Source: Actinomycetota bacterium
GTDB taxonomy: Bacteria; Actinomycetota; Actinomycetes; Nanopelagicales; Nanopelagicaceae
Direction: 5' to 3'
Assembly: GCA_041163285.1 (NCBI GenBank)
Contig: JBEARJ010000003.1
Span: 1 to 54,553 of the forward strand
DNA length: 54,553 bases
In this document: piece by piece, positions 41,051 through 51,480 of the stretch
How the letters are laid out: every line of letters begins with the position of its first letter
Numbering within the stretch: the first letter of the stretch is position 1
Notes under the pieces: model-generated
Seen by the model: only the letters and a program-made list of their open reading frames with translations
The model's database searches: none
Told to the model about the DNA's origin: nothing
Made by a program: the position numbers and the translations under genes

Positions 41051-42319
41051 TTAGAGAGCGTTTTTTAGGGCGTTGACTAGGGAGCTAAGCGTAATGGATT
41101 CCTCAAATCCATCGCTCATCCGTTTTATCTTCCCCGTGCCTGATTGGAGTTCTGATTCTCCAATCACCAATACGTAGCGTGCCGACAACTTATCGGCAGC
41201 CTTCATCGCGCCTTTTAGCGATCGATCCCCAAATCCCATATCGGCAACGAAACCAGAATTTCTTGCTTCTTCCAGGAGGGATAGCCCAAGAGATTTTGCC
41301 GCTGAATTAATGGGAATGATGAACAAATCTAGGTATTCACCAGCTAGTTGTGTGCTCGCAGACAACCCCTCAGACTCGAGAGCGAGGATAATTCGATCAA
41401 TTCCTAGTCCAAAACCGATACCAGATAGATCTTGTCCGCCCAAAGTTTTCATTAATCCGTCATATCTACCACCACCGCCAATGCCTGACTGGGCTCCTAA
41501 TCCACCGTGGACAAACTCAAATGCCGTTCCGGTGTAATAATCTAGTCCTCGAACCATCCGTGGATTTAACGTGAACGGAATGTCTAGTTGAGTGAGCGCT
41601 AACTTTAAATCTGCAAACTTACTAGCACTAACATCATTCAAGTAATCAATTAGCAGAGGGGCGCTTGCAATCTTCTGTTGAATGTCAGTTCGTTTATCGT
41701 CAAAAATTCGCAATGGATTTTTGTTGACTCTAGATCTGGTCTCGTCATCTAAATCAATCTGCGAGAGAAACTTTGTGAACTCGACTCTGTGCCTAGCGCG
41801 ACTCTCTTCATCGCCAAGAGATGTAATATGAAGTTCAAAATTATTCAAGCCGAGTTTCTTAAAACCCTTATACGCGATTGAGATAACCTCGGCATCCAAG
41901 TACGGATCATCAATGCCAACAGCTTCGATGCCAAACTGATAGAACTGTCGATATCGGCCAGCTTGCGGTCTTTCAGCTCGGAAAAACGGGCCTTTATAAA
42001 AGACCTTGACCGGGAGTTGTCCTCTATCGAGATTATTCTCGATGATCGATCTCATTACTCCAGCGGTTCCTTCTGGTCGCAGAGTAAGCGACCTGCCACC
42101 TCTATCCACGAAGGTGTACATCTCTTTGGTTACAACATCTGTACTTTCTCCAACTCCTCGAGTAAATAGTTCTGTATCTTCGAAAACTGGTAACTCAATT
42201 AAATGATAATTAGCCGCAAGTGAAATCTCCTCAAACTTTCGGAGCACCATTTCAAATAAATGTGACTTGGGAGGAAAATATTCGGAAACGCCTTTTGGGG
42301 CTTGGAATTTAGAACTCAA
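41051..42319 (-). CDS. hisS: histidine--tRNA ligase
   Basis: 422 aa. [21 protein letters not shown] and GGGRYD motifs. Confidence 0.95.
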   Translation of the reverse strand: MSSKFQAPKGVSEYFPPKSHLFEMVLRKFEEISLAANYHLIELPVFEDTELFTRGVGESTDVVTKEMYTFVDRGGRSLTLRPEGTAGVMRSIIENNLDRGQLPVKVFYKGPFFRAERPQAGRYRQFYQFGIEAVGIDDPYLDAEVISIAYKGFKKLGLNNFELHITSLGDEESRARHRVEFTKFLSQIDLDDETRSRVNKNPLRIFDDKRTDIQQKIASAPLLIDYLNDVSASKFADLKLALTQLDIPFTLNPRMVRGLDYYTGTAFEFVHGGLGAQSGIGGGGRYDGLMKTLGGQDLSGIGFGLGIDRIILALESEGLSASTQLAGEYLDLFIIPINSAAKSLGLSLLEEARNSGFVADMGFGDRSLKGAMKAADKLSARYVLVIGESELQSGTGKIKRMSDGFEESITLSSLVNALKNAL

Positions 42320-43017
42320 CTTAATCGTCCCTCCAGCGCAGCCTTGATATATGGATTAGTCGTTAGTTCGAATTCCATAGTCGTCCTCTCCCCGTGCCCT
42401 GGTAGAACTTTCAACTCGCCAGGCTGCAAGGCGATTTTCTCACGAAGAGAGCGCTCCATCTCGGAAATCGAGCCGCGCGGTAGATCAGTTCTTCCGATTG
42501 AACCTTTAAAAAGTGTATCGCCAGTAATCAGATACTCATCTTCAAATCGCGCGATCAAGGAACCAGGGGTGTGTCCAGGGGTCCTTTCGATCGAAATCTT
42601 CATCCCGCAAACCGCAAGTTCTTCTTCATCTGATAATTCGGATATTGACTCTGGTTCTGTAAACCTGTGACCACCATATTTCTCGCTCAGCTCGCTCAAT
42701 AAAGCTAAACCTTGGGGACCCATTGCTCGTTCTGGCCTTGCGAGCAAATCTCTATCTAATTTGTGAATTAACACACCAGCGCCACAATCTTGTTGAAGCG
42801 GAATTAGCGAGTAATGATGATCAAGATGTCCATGAGTTATAAGAATCGCAGCGGGTTTCAGATTTGATTCTTCGAGTTTCGCAATGATTTTTGGTACCAG
42901 ACTGGGGATTGCGATCCCGGGATCAACAATTACGCATTCAGAATTCTTTGCTGGAGCAATAATCCAGCAATTCGTGGCAAAGAAATCGGCGACCACTTGA
43001 TCTACAAATAGACCCAC
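42316..43017 (-). CDS. MBL-fold metallo-hydrolase (glyoxalase II-like)
   Basis: THGHLDHH, TPGHTPGS and GDTLF motifs. I place the start at GTG 43017, preceded by GAAGGAG 5 nt upstream. The ORF-track extension to 43434 has no homology-like content. Confidence 0.75.
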   Translation of the reverse strand: MGLFVDQVVADFFATNCWIIAPAKNSECVIVDPGIAIPSLVPKIIAKLEESNLKPAAILITHGHLDHHYSLIPLQQDCGAGVLIHKLDRDLLARPERAMGPQGLALLSELSEKYGGHRFTEPESISELSDEEELAVCGMKISIERTPGHTPGSLIARFEDEYLITGDTLFKGSIGRTDLPRGSISEMERSLREKIALQPGELKVLPGHGERTTMEFELTTNPYIKAALEGRLS

Positions 43018-43214
43018 AATTGCTCCTTCGATATTCGCCACCTGAGGAAAATGCCCCCATCTCCAGGTTGGCATTCTCCCTCGGCCAAGGGATTCCCCAA
43101 GAAAAGCACGCCTGCTTTTTACAGATTCTCTTGTCGGGGGTACCGTGGAGCCCTCTAAACCGCTGAACCCGCAACGGCTTTGCGCCGCGCAACTAGTAGT
43201 TAGGAAGTAGACCG

Positions 43215-44513
43215 ATGAATGCCCAAGAATTACCAGCCAACTCTGCGGCCGCCGCTCTAATTGGAGATCCAGGCAAATATGGCCGAGTTGATGAATCGGG
43301 AATGGTTTACGTCCAAACACCTGATGGTGAGCGAGTAGTTGGCTCTTATCCTGGAAAAACCCCAGAAGAGGCGCTCGCATATTTTGTCCGCAAATTTGAA
43401 GTTGTAGCCGCAGAGGTGGCACTTCTTGCCGCACGCATTGTAAGTGGGGCTATGGTCCCAGATTCTGCGCTACAAGCGGTCAATAAGTTGCGAAATCAGA
43501 TTGACCACTTAAATGGCGTTGGAAATATTGCGGCGCTCAAATCTTCCCTTGAGCAGATTCCTTCCTTAATTGAAGAGCATCGCTCTGCATATGAGGCAAG
43601 GCGCCAAGCGGAAGTCGAAGCGAAGGCTGCCAAGAAAGCAGCTGCGCTTGCAGGAAAAGAGAAGATTGTTTCGGAGGCTGAATCTCTAAAAGATTCTGAG
43701 CAATGGAAGGTCACTGGGGATCGCTTAAAGGAATTGCTTGAAGACTGGAAGAAGGCGCCTCGACTTGATAAGAAGACTGATACAGAACTATGGAAGCGCT
43801 TCTCAGCGGCTCGAAATCATTTCGATAAGAAGCGCCGTACCCACTTCGCTTCGCTTTCAAAGAAGCAAAATGAGGTAAAAAGCGCGAAGGAAAAGATTGT
43901 CCTTGAGGCCGAGTCGCTCGCCAATTCGACCGATTGGGTAGCGACGGCTCGTCGCTATAAGGCGCTAATGGATGAATGGAAAGCTTCCGGTCGAGGTAAG
44001 AAAAATGAAGATGCCAAACTTTGGGAACGCTTTAAAACTGCTCAAGACACCTTCTTCGCTGCAAAAAATTCAGATCTTGAAAAGCGCTCTGAATCCATGG
44101 CGGAGAACTTGGTAAAGAAAGAGGCGCTCGTCCTTGAGATTGAAGCACTTCTACCGATTTCCAACCTTGATGATGCAAAGCGTAAATTCCGAGATTTGAA
44201 AGCAAAATACGCTAAGAGTGGAATGATTGAACGTAATAAGCGAACCCAACTTGATCGTAGAGTCGAGAGCGTTGAGTTATCACTTAAAGAGGCTGAACAG
44301 GAACAGTGGCGCCGAACCGACCCGGGCGCTAAAGCGCGTGCGCTCGAAGTGGTCAACCAGCTTATTGCCGCTGTTTCAGATTATGAATCTAAAGCGGCCA
44401 AAGCTGAAGCCGCTGGTGATTCCCGAAAGGCCACAGAATTGCGCGAAGCGGCATCTGCGCGGGCAATCTGGTTGGCCGAAGCCCAGCGCGGCTTAGCTGA
44501 ATTCAACGCCTAA
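43215..44513 (+). CDS. DUF349 domain-containing protein
   Basis: N-terminal GRVDESGMVYVQTPDGERVVGSYPG, followed by repeated helical units with LWKRF / LWERF signatures. Confidence 0.75.
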   Translation: MNAQELPANSAAAALIGDPGKYGRVDESGMVYVQTPDGERVVGSYPGKTPEEALAYFVRKFEVVAAEVALLAARIVSGAMVPDSALQAVNKLRNQIDHLNGVGNIAALKSSLEQIPSLIEEHRSAYEARRQAEVEAKAAKKAAALAGKEKIVSEAESLKDSEQWKVTGDRLKELLEDWKKAPRLDKKTDTELWKRFSAARNHFDKKRRTHFASLSKKQNEVKSAKEKIVLEAESLANSTDWVATARRYKALMDEWKASGRGKKNEDAKLWERFKTAQDTFFAAKNSDLEKRSESMAENLVKKEALVLEIEALLPISNLDDAKRKFRDLKAKYAKSGMIERNKRTQLDRRVESVELSLKEAEQEQWRRTDPGAKARALEVVNQLIAAVSDYESKAAKAEAAGDSRKATELREAASARAIWLAEAQRGLAEFNA

Positions 44514-46678
44514 CTATTTGTAATTCGGTAAACGTCGTAAACGCCATCGATTTTTCGAATTGATGCCAGCACAACGTCAAGGTGTGATGCATCTGCCATC
44601 TCAAAAGTAAATCTTGATATAGCAGTTTGATCTTTAGTCGTGTTAACCGCAGCATGGAGGATATTTACCTCCTGATCCGACAAAGCTCTAGTTATATCTG
44701 ATAATAGACGTGATCGATCGAGCGCTTCGATTTGAATGTTAACAAGGAATACCGTCTTGGCTCCTGGATCCCAAGACACTTTTACAATGCGATCGCCCTG
44801 ATGAAACTTGAGATCTGCCACGTTTACACAATCACTTCTGTGAATACTTACACCACTCCCTCTAGTTATGAAACCAGCTATCGGATCACCTGGTACCGGT
44901 GTGCAACAACGAGCTAGTTTGATAAGGACGTCATCAATTCCTTCTACATTGACCCCGGAAGCGCTCCGTCTCTCAATGCGCGATTGCGAACCCGATGCAA
45001 GAATCTCGGTGATTGGGGTTTCGTGAGTCTCTTCTGAACCGATTGACGCGATTAACTTCTCGACCACGGAGTTTGAAGAGATATGGCCATCGCCAACGGC
45101 AGCATAGAGGCTCTCAATGTCTGCGTAATTCAAATCGTGGGATAGCTGCAAAAGAGTCTCGCCGGCGAGAATTTTCTGAATGGGGAGACCAGCCTTACGC
45201 ATCTGTCTTGCGATTGACTCTTTTCCTGCATCAATCGCCTCTTCCCTACGCTCTCGAGTAAACCAAGCCTTAATTTTTGAGCGCGCCCTTTGAGACTTAA
45301 CAAAATTTAACCAATCTCGGCTTGGAGCTGCATTCTCTCCCTTGTTGGTTACGACCTCCACGACATCTCCGTTTGTAAGGGCTACCTCCAATGAAACAAG
45401 TTTTCCATTGATCTTCGCCCCCACACATTTATTGCCAACCTCGGTATGAACTGCATAGGCGAAATCAACGGGAGTCGATCCCTGAGGCAGTGCAATAACG
45501 CTGCCCTTAGGAGTAAAGACAAAAACTTCAGGGGTACGGAGATCGAATCTAAGGGCGTCTAGAAATTCGGAGACATCAGTAGTTTCTTGCTGCCACTCGT
45601 GCAACTGCTTTAACCAAAGGACATCTGGAGAATCTTCACCCACTCTTATACCTTGCTTATATTTCCAGTGAGCAGCGATACCGTACTCGGCGCGACGGTG
45701 CATCTCATGTGTTCTAATTTGAATCTCAACTGCCTTACCGTTCGGACCAATAACGGTCGTGTGTAGAGATTGATAGAGATTGAACTTAGGCATCGCGATG
45801 TAGTCCTTGAATCTGCCCGGGACTGGATTCCATCTTGCATGGATAGCGCCAAGAACTGCGTAGCAATCACGAACATCACTTACCAACACTCTTATGCCCA
45901 CAAGGTCGTAGATATCATTGAACTCGCGTCCCCGAACCACCATTTTCTGGTAGACGCTATATAGATGCTTCTGGCGACCCGTTACCTTTGCAGCAATCCG
46001 CTCACTCGTTAGATCCTTTTCAACCTCAGCAATCACTTCATTAGTTAGTTTTTCTCGCGATGGTGAACGCTCTGCAACAAGGCGCTCGATTGCCTCAAAC
46101 TTCTTAGGCTCAAGGAACTTAAAGGATAAATCTTCCAATTCCCACTTCACCGCGTTCATACCAAGTCGATGAGCTAAGGGCGCATAAATATCCAGAGTCT
46201 CTCGAGCTTTTCGCGAAGCGCTTTCTGCCGATACGTATTGCCAAGTTCGTGCATTATGAAGTCTGTCAGCTAACTTGATAACAAGAACTCTGATGTCCTT
46301 TGCCATTGCGACGACCATCTTCCGCACTGTCTCAGCTTCTGCTGTTGGCCCATAAGTGAGTCGATCTAGTTTTGTTACGCCATCAACCAGATTCCCGATC
46401 TCGTCACCAAACTCCTTTCGCAAGAGCTCCGATGAATACTCTGTATCTTCCAATGTGTCATGTAATAGAGCTGCTGCGATTGTGTTTGAATCAAGTCCCA
46501 GTTCAGCAAGAATCTCAGCTACAGCAACGGGATGGGTGATATACGGTGCCCCGCTCTTGCGGAGTTGACCCTCGTGAGCTTTCTCAGCACGGAGGAAGGC
46601 TTTCTCAATAACTACGAGATCCGCCTCTGGATTTGCATGGCGAACTCGCTCTGCAACGGGTGCTAGTAGCGCGCTCAT
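44510..46678 (-). CDS. relA: bifunctional (p)ppGpp synthetase/hydrolase Rel
   Basis: HD hydrolase (HDTLEDT), synthetase (RFKDYIAMPK), TGS and C-terminal ACT regions. Confidence 0.95.
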   Translation of the reverse strand: MSALLAPVAERVRHANPEADLVVIEKAFLRAEKAHEGQLRKSGAPYITHPVAVAEILAELGLDSNTIAAALLHDTLEDTEYSSELLRKEFGDEIGNLVDGVTKLDRLTYGPTAEAETVRKMVVAMAKDIRVLVIKLADRLHNARTWQYVSAESASRKARETLDIYAPLAHRLGMNAVKWELEDLSFKFLEPKKFEAIERLVAERSPSREKLTNEVIAEVEKDLTSERIAAKVTGRQKHLYSVYQKMVVRGREFNDIYDLVGIRVLVSDVRDCYAVLGAIHARWNPVPGRFKDYIAMPKFNLYQSLHTTVIGPNGKAVEIQIRTHEMHRRAEYGIAAHWKYKQGIRVGEDSPDVLWLKQLHEWQQETTDVSEFLDALRFDLRTPEVFVFTPKGSVIALPQGSTPVDFAYAVHTEVGNKCVGAKINGKLVSLEVALTNGDVVEVVTNKGENAAPSRDWLNFVKSQRARSKIKAWFTRERREEAIDAGKESIARQMRKAGLPIQKILAGETLLQLSHDLNYADIESLYAAVGDGHISSNSVVEKLIASIGSEETHETPITEILASGSQSRIERRSASGVNVEGIDDVLIKLARCCTPVPGDPIAGFITRGSGVSIHRSDCVNVADLKFHQGDRIVKVSWDPGAKTVFLVNIQIEALDRSRLLSDITRALSDQEVNILHAAVNTTKDQTAISRFTFEMADASHLDVVLASIRKIDGVYDVYRITNS

Positions 46679-46692
46679 GCGCAGATTATCCG

Positions 46693-47715
46693 CTAAGAGC
46701 GCTTCTTGCGCTTATCTCTGCGGTTTTGAATTCTCTGACTTGGGGTTGCAGATCCGCCTCCGCGGGCCAGAACTCTCTGGTTGAGCGCTTTAATCGCGGG
46801 CTCGCGTTCGCGGAGCTGCACAAGCACCGGCGCTGCGATAAATATCGATGAATAGGTTCCGGCAATCAACCCAATGAAGAGCGCCAACGAAAGATCCTTG
46901 AGAGTTCCCGCACCAAGAATTCCCGCACCGACAAAGAGAATCGCCGCAACTGGAAGTAGAGCAATTAAGGATGTGTTCAGCGAACGAACGATGGTTTGAT
47001 TGACTGCGAGGTTTGTCGCTTGTCCATACGTGTAGCGTCCCGTAGCTGTGATTGCCCGGGTATTTTCACGAACTTTATCGAATACCACAACCGTGTCATA
47101 GAGGGAGTAGCCCAGAATCGTCAAGAATCCAATTACGGTTGAGGGCGAAACTTCAAATCCGACCAGCGCATAAATACCAACGGTAATGAAAACATCATGA
47201 ATTAGCGCGACAATTGCAGCAATCGCCATCTTCGGCTCAAATGCAAGAGCAAGATAGATCATGATGATGACCAAGAAGGCAATTAATCCTTGTAGCGCCT
47301 TCCGAGAGATTTCCTCACCCCAAGATGGACCAACGTTTTGGGTATCAATCGATTCAACCGTAACGCCAAATTCGGCAGCCAAGGAGTCCTGTATGTCGTT
47401 TGAGAGTGACTGTTCAATTACGCCAGTTTGAATACGGATCTTATTCTCGCCAATAGTCTGGGCTCTAAGTTCACCTTCGTAACCAGAACGTTCGACTGCG
47501 GCTTTAGCTTGGTCAATTGATCCAGTGGAAGTAGTAACAGTAAAAGAAGATCCACCCTTAAATTCAATCGAAAGTTCTACACCCTTGAAACCAAGTGCAA
47601 ACATTGATAGAAGAATGAATACTGTCGAGAGCAGATACCATTTTTTTCGGTTTGCAATAATCTCTAGTGAAGTCTCGCCGCGATAGAGCCGTCCGCCTAA
47701 TCCAGTAAATTTCAT
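46693..47715 (-). CDS. secF: protein translocase subunit SecF
   Basis: 340-aa six-TM SecF pattern directly after secD. Confidence 0.9.
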   Translation of the reverse strand: MKFTGLGGRLYRGETSLEIIANRKKWYLLSTVFILLSMFALGFKGVELSIEFKGGSSFTVTTSTGSIDQAKAAVERSGYEGELRAQTIGENKIRIQTGVIEQSLSNDIQDSLAAEFGVTVESIDTQNVGPSWGEEISRKALQGLIAFLVIIMIYLALAFEPKMAIAAIVALIHDVFITVGIYALVGFEVSPSTVIGFLTILGYSLYDTVVVFDKVRENTRAITATGRYTYGQATNLAVNQTIVRSLNTSLIALLPVAAILFVGAGILGAGTLKDLSLALFIGLIAGTYSSIFIAAPVLVQLREREPAIKALNQRVLARGGGSATPSQRIQNRRDKRKKRS

Positions 47716-49244
47716 GACTTGACCTCCCCGCTCTCGTCTTCCCTAAGGGTTCCTACGCTCCTCGAGGAAACTCCTGAATACTTTGAACCCACCTGGAAGT
47801 ACCTTGACTTTGCGATAAGAGATACCAACGGCTTGGTGAAATAAAAGATTATAATCAAATCGATAATGGTCGTTAAACCTAAAGTAAAAGCAAAGCCCCT
47901 TACGCTTCCAACCGAGACGATATAGAGGACTATTGCAGATATTCCACCAACTAAGTCAGCCACAACGATGGTTCGGCGAGCGCGTTGCCAGCCAGTCTCA
48001 ACTGCAACTCTCAAAGGTTTACCTTCGCGAAGTTCATCCTTGATTCGCTCAAAATAAACAATAAATGAATCTGCGGTTACACCAATCGCAAGGATGGTTC
48101 CAGCAATACCAGCCAAAGTTAATGTATATCCAACTGCTTCAGTAAGTAGCGCGAGACTTAAGAGAACATGCGCCGCAGCGAGGGCGAGGGAACCTATAAC
48201 TACAATTGAAAGAGCTCGATAGTAAAGTATCGAATAAATGACAACCAGAAGGAGACCTAGACCTCCAGCCAAAAGTCCCGCTTCAAGTTGATCGCTTCCG
48301 AGTGTTGGTGAGACCTGCTGAACCTCGCCTCGATCAAAGGCAAGTGGAAGCGAGCCATACTTAAGTACATTCGCTAAATCCTGCGCTTCTAATTGTGAAA
48401 ATGAACCAGTTATCTGCGCCTGACCACCCAAGATTGCTTCATTGATTCTTGGTGCGGAAACAACAACTCCATCAAGCACTATAGCTACCTGATTTTGGGG
48501 GGCTGGAAGATTTACAACATCTTGAGTTAACTGACCAAATTTCTTTGTGCCATCGCCATTAAAATCAAGCGAAACAAACCAACCACTTGCGCTCTGAGGA
48601 TCGATGGCTGCAGTCGCACCACGTACATCACGACCGACAACAACGGCAGGAGCGAGAAGATATCTTGAAAAACTATTTCTATCGCAACTAACTAATACCG
48701 AATCCGGCTGATCGACCACAGCATTTGAATCAAAACTTGTGCAATCGAGAGCAAGGAAACGAGCTTCTTCATCCGAACTCAAATTAAGGCCAGCCAATAG
48801 TTCAGAATCATTCGGGGTTGGGACCGAGCCAGCCTCTACGAGAACTTGTCTAAAGCGCAGCTCGGCCGTCTGTCCAACCAAGTCAACGATTCTCCGACCA
48901 GTCTCGCCCGGAACAGCAATAACTATCTGGCGGTTTGTTCCAGTTCCCTCTGCGGTTACTTCGCTTTCCGCAACACCAAGAGAATCGACACGTTGGCGGA
49001 TAATCGAAACGGCTTGATTAATTGCCTCAGGCGTTACCTGGCCAGTGTCTCCATCTTGAATTCGTGGTTGCAAGGTGACGCTAGTACCGCCCCGAAGATC
49101 AAGTCCTAAATTGATCGAGGTAGCGCCTAAAGAGAGGGCCACTCCTCCGAGAATTGCGGTTAGCAGAAGCGTTACGAAGAGAGTTCTGCCGGGACGCGCC
49201 TTCTTTGCATCACCCGAAGTGCGCTGGGAAGTTCCATATGACAT
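47712..49244 (-). CDS. secD: protein translocase subunit SecD
   Basis: N-terminal KKARPGRTLFVTLLL anchor, periplasmic domain and C-terminal TM bundle. The start is set at ATG 49244, after the ruvB stop, rather than the overlapping ORF-track start 49328. Confidence 0.9.
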   Translation of the reverse strand: MSYGTSQRTSGDAKKARPGRTLFVTLLLTAILGGVALSLGATSINLGLDLRGGTSVTLQPRIQDGDTGQVTPEAINQAVSIIRQRVDSLGVAESEVTAEGTGTNRQIVIAVPGETGRRIVDLVGQTAELRFRQVLVEAGSVPTPNDSELLAGLNLSSDEEARFLALDCTSFDSNAVVDQPDSVLVSCDRNSFSRYLLAPAVVVGRDVRGATAAIDPQSASGWFVSLDFNGDGTKKFGQLTQDVVNLPAPQNQVAIVLDGVVVSAPRINEAILGGQAQITGSFSQLEAQDLANVLKYGSLPLAFDRGEVQQVSPTLGSDQLEAGLLAGGLGLLLVVIYSILYYRALSIVVIGSLALAAAHVLLSLALLTEAVGYTLTLAGIAGTILAIGVTADSFIVYFERIKDELREGKPLRVAVETGWQRARRTIVVADLVGGISAIVLYIVSVGSVRGFAFTLGLTTIIDLIIIFYFTKPLVSLIAKSRYFQVGSKYSGVSSRSVGTLREDESGEVKS

Positions 49245-49255
49245 GAGGCGGGAGT

Positions 49256-50296
49256 CTACTTTTCTAAATCTAGACTGTCGAAAAGCCCGGCTGCCTGGGG
49301 CGGCGGAGTTCTGCCTAGGTGTTTCCAAGCCAAGGCCGTTGCAGATCGCCCTCTCGGAGAGCGAACCATGAACCCAGATCTGACGAGAAAAGGCTCGGCC
49401 ATCGATTCAACTGTTTCGCGTTCTTCACCGACAGCCATAGCAAGAGTGTTAAGTCCCACAGGTCCTCCGGCAAATTGCTCAATTAGTGCGCGAAGAATTG
49501 CAATATCAAGTCGATCCAACCCTTTCTGATCAACTTCGTAAACTTCTAACGCACTTAAGGTCATCTCTCCGGTCACGGAACCATCGCCATTAACTTGTGC
49601 GTAATCACGCACTCGTCGCAGTAATCGATTCGCAATCCTTGGAGTTCCTCTTGAACGCTTACCTAACTCCTTTATTGCCCCATCATCAACTGATACGCCT
49701 AGTAGTGAGGCACTTCGCTTTACAATCAACTCAATCTCAGTCGGTTCGTAATAATCAAGATGCGCTGTGAAACCAAACCGATCTCTAAGAGGTGCCGGGA
49801 GCAAACCGGCCCTAGTTGTAGCGCCTACTAAAGTGAAATGAGGAAGGTTCAATGGAATGGCGGTAGCCCCAGGGCCCTTACCAACGACTACATCGACTCG
49901 AAAATCCTCCATTGCCATATAGAGCATCTCTTCGGCTGGTCGCGCTAATCGATGTATTTCATCTAAAAATAGGATTTCTCCTTCAACTAAAGATGACAGA
50001 ATTGATGCAAGATCACCAGCGTGTGTAATTGCAGGGCCACTAGTAATGCGAATCGGAGCCTTCATTTCTTCAGCAACAATCATGGCTAACGTGGTCTTTC
50101 CTAAACCCGGTGGTCCGGAGAGCAGAATGTGATCTGCCGGAGCCCCACGATCACTAGCAGCTTTCAACAAAAGACTTATCTGTTCACGTACTCGATGTTG
50201 ACCAATAAACTCCTGGAGATCATGTGGCCGCAACGCTTGCTCAGCCGAAAATTCCTCAGGTGTTAAGTCTTTGTCAAGAAATTCAGAACTCGTCAC
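49256..50296 (-). CDS. ruvB: Holliday junction branch migration helicase RuvB
   Basis: [17 protein letters not shown] and [13 protein letters not shown]. Confidence 0.95.
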   Translation of the reverse strand: MTSSEFLDKDLTPEEFSAEQALRPHDLQEFIGQHRVREQISLLLKAASDRGAPADHILLSGPPGLGKTTLAMIVAEEMKAPIRITSGPAITHAGDLASILSSLVEGEILFLDEIHRLARPAEEMLYMAMEDFRVDVVVGKGPGATAIPLNLPHFTLVGATTRAGLLPAPLRDRFGFTAHLDYYEPTEIELIVKRSASLLGVSVDDGAIKELGKRSRGTPRIANRLLRRVRDYAQVNGDGSVTGEMTLSALEVYEVDQKGLDRLDIAILRALIEQFAGGPVGLNTLAMAVGEERETVESMAEPFLVRSGFMVRSPRGRSATALAWKHLGRTPPPQAAGLFDSLDLEK

Positions 50297-50886
50297 TTAG
50301 CGCTCCTTGCGCCTGCAAGAGATCGCTTTAGTAATTCTGACAGTTCTACCGAAGCCGGATCTACATCTAGCTCACTGATAGTCTCCTCAATTCTCCGCTC
50401 TGCATCTTTTGCTGAATAGCCGAGCGAGATGAGTGCATCTGTCAATGAGTCACGCCATTTTCCACTCGCAGTATTCTTCGATTTACCTGTGTTATATCGC
50501 TCGCGTAATTCCAAGATAAGTCTTGATGCAACCTTCTTTCCAATTCCCGGTACTTGCTCTAAGGCTAATTGGTCACCTGACCCAATAATGCTCTGTAATT
50601 TTTCTGCATCAAAGACGTTTAGAAGCGAGTGAGCAACTTTTGGCCCAATGCCAGTAACGCTCTGCAATTCATTGAAAAGGTCCCGTGCATCTGCACTTTT
50701 GTAACCGAATAATTTCCAAGAATCTTCACGAACCACCAAGGAGGTATAGAGCGCGATTTCATCCCCGACGGCAATCTTGCTAGCTAAATCTGGAGCGACA
50801 TTTATTTCATAACCAATCCCCGACACATTTACAACGATTGAAGTCAGCCGAACTTCAAGGACACTTCCCGCGATTTGAGCAATCAC
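50293..50886 (-). CDS. ruvA: Holliday junction DNA-binding protein RuvA
   Basis: 197 aa. GIGYEI and HhH motifs ([18 protein letters not shown]). Confidence 0.9.
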   Translation of the reverse strand: MIAQIAGSVLEVRLTSIVVNVSGIGYEINVAPDLASKIAVGDEIALYTSLVVREDSWKLFGYKSADARDLFNELQSVTGIGPKVAHSLLNVFDAEKLQSIIGSGDQLALEQVPGIGKKVASRLILELRERYNTGKSKNTASGKWRDSLTDALISLGYSAKDAERRIEETISELDVDPASVELSELLKRSLAGARSAK

Positions 50887-51449
50887 TTTAGTCTCCCAGC
50901 TCTCTGTGAACTATTTGCTTTCAGCTTTTTTATCCTGGTCTGTTCAGTTCTGACTGCACTTTTGAGAATTTCTGTAGTCGAGCCTCGCCAATGATGGCAG
51001 ATGGCCAGCGCTAATGCATCGGTGGTATCCACCGGCTTTGGAGTCTCCTTCAGGCCAAGAATTTTCATCACCATTTGGGCAACTTGCGCTTTATCGGCTC
51101 TACCTGAACCAGTTACAGCTGCCTTAACTTCAGTAGGAGTATGCAATGCAATTGGCAGGCCACTTTTTGCAGCAAGCAAAAGTGCAACCCCTGCAGCTTG
51201 ACCGGTTGCCATCGCGGTACGGACATTCAGCTGAGAGAAAACACGTTCGACCGCAATCGCATCTGGCTTGACTTTCGTAATCCAATCCATCAAAGCGTGA
51301 TCTAGTTGCAACAGTCTCTCTTCTAGTGGGGCATCACTATCGGTTCTAATGGCTCCAAAATCAACCAATTTCAACTTGCGACCTGAGTGAGAATCAACAA
51401 CCCCGATTCCGCATCGCGTTAAACCAGGATCAATCCCCAAAACTCGCAT
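50883..51449 (-). CDS. ruvC: crossover junction endodeoxyribonuclease RuvC
   Basis: MRVLGIDPGLTRCG with catalytic acidic residues, in the ruvCAB order. Confidence 0.9.
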   Translation of the reverse strand: MRVLGIDPGLTRCGIGVVDSHSGRKLKLVDFGAIRTDSDAPLEERLLQLDHALMDWITKVKPDAIAVERVFSQLNVRTAMATGQAAGVALLLAAKSGLPIALHTPTEVKAAVTGSGRADKAQVAQMVMKILGLKETPKPVDTTDALALAICHHWRGSTTEILKSAVRTEQTRIKKLKANSSQRAGRLK

Positions 51450-51480
51450 GCAGGAAGCCTAATAATTACCACGTCGGAGA

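Noticed and set aside
43018-43434. A 139-codon N-terminal extension of the MBL hydrolase ORF, overlapping the DUF349 gene start.
   Set aside because: The extension has no MBL-like sequence and overlaps a well-supported divergent gene. GTG 43017 has a strong GAAGGAG SD and gives an N-terminus of the length seen in homologs such as mycobacterial glyoxalase II-like proteins.
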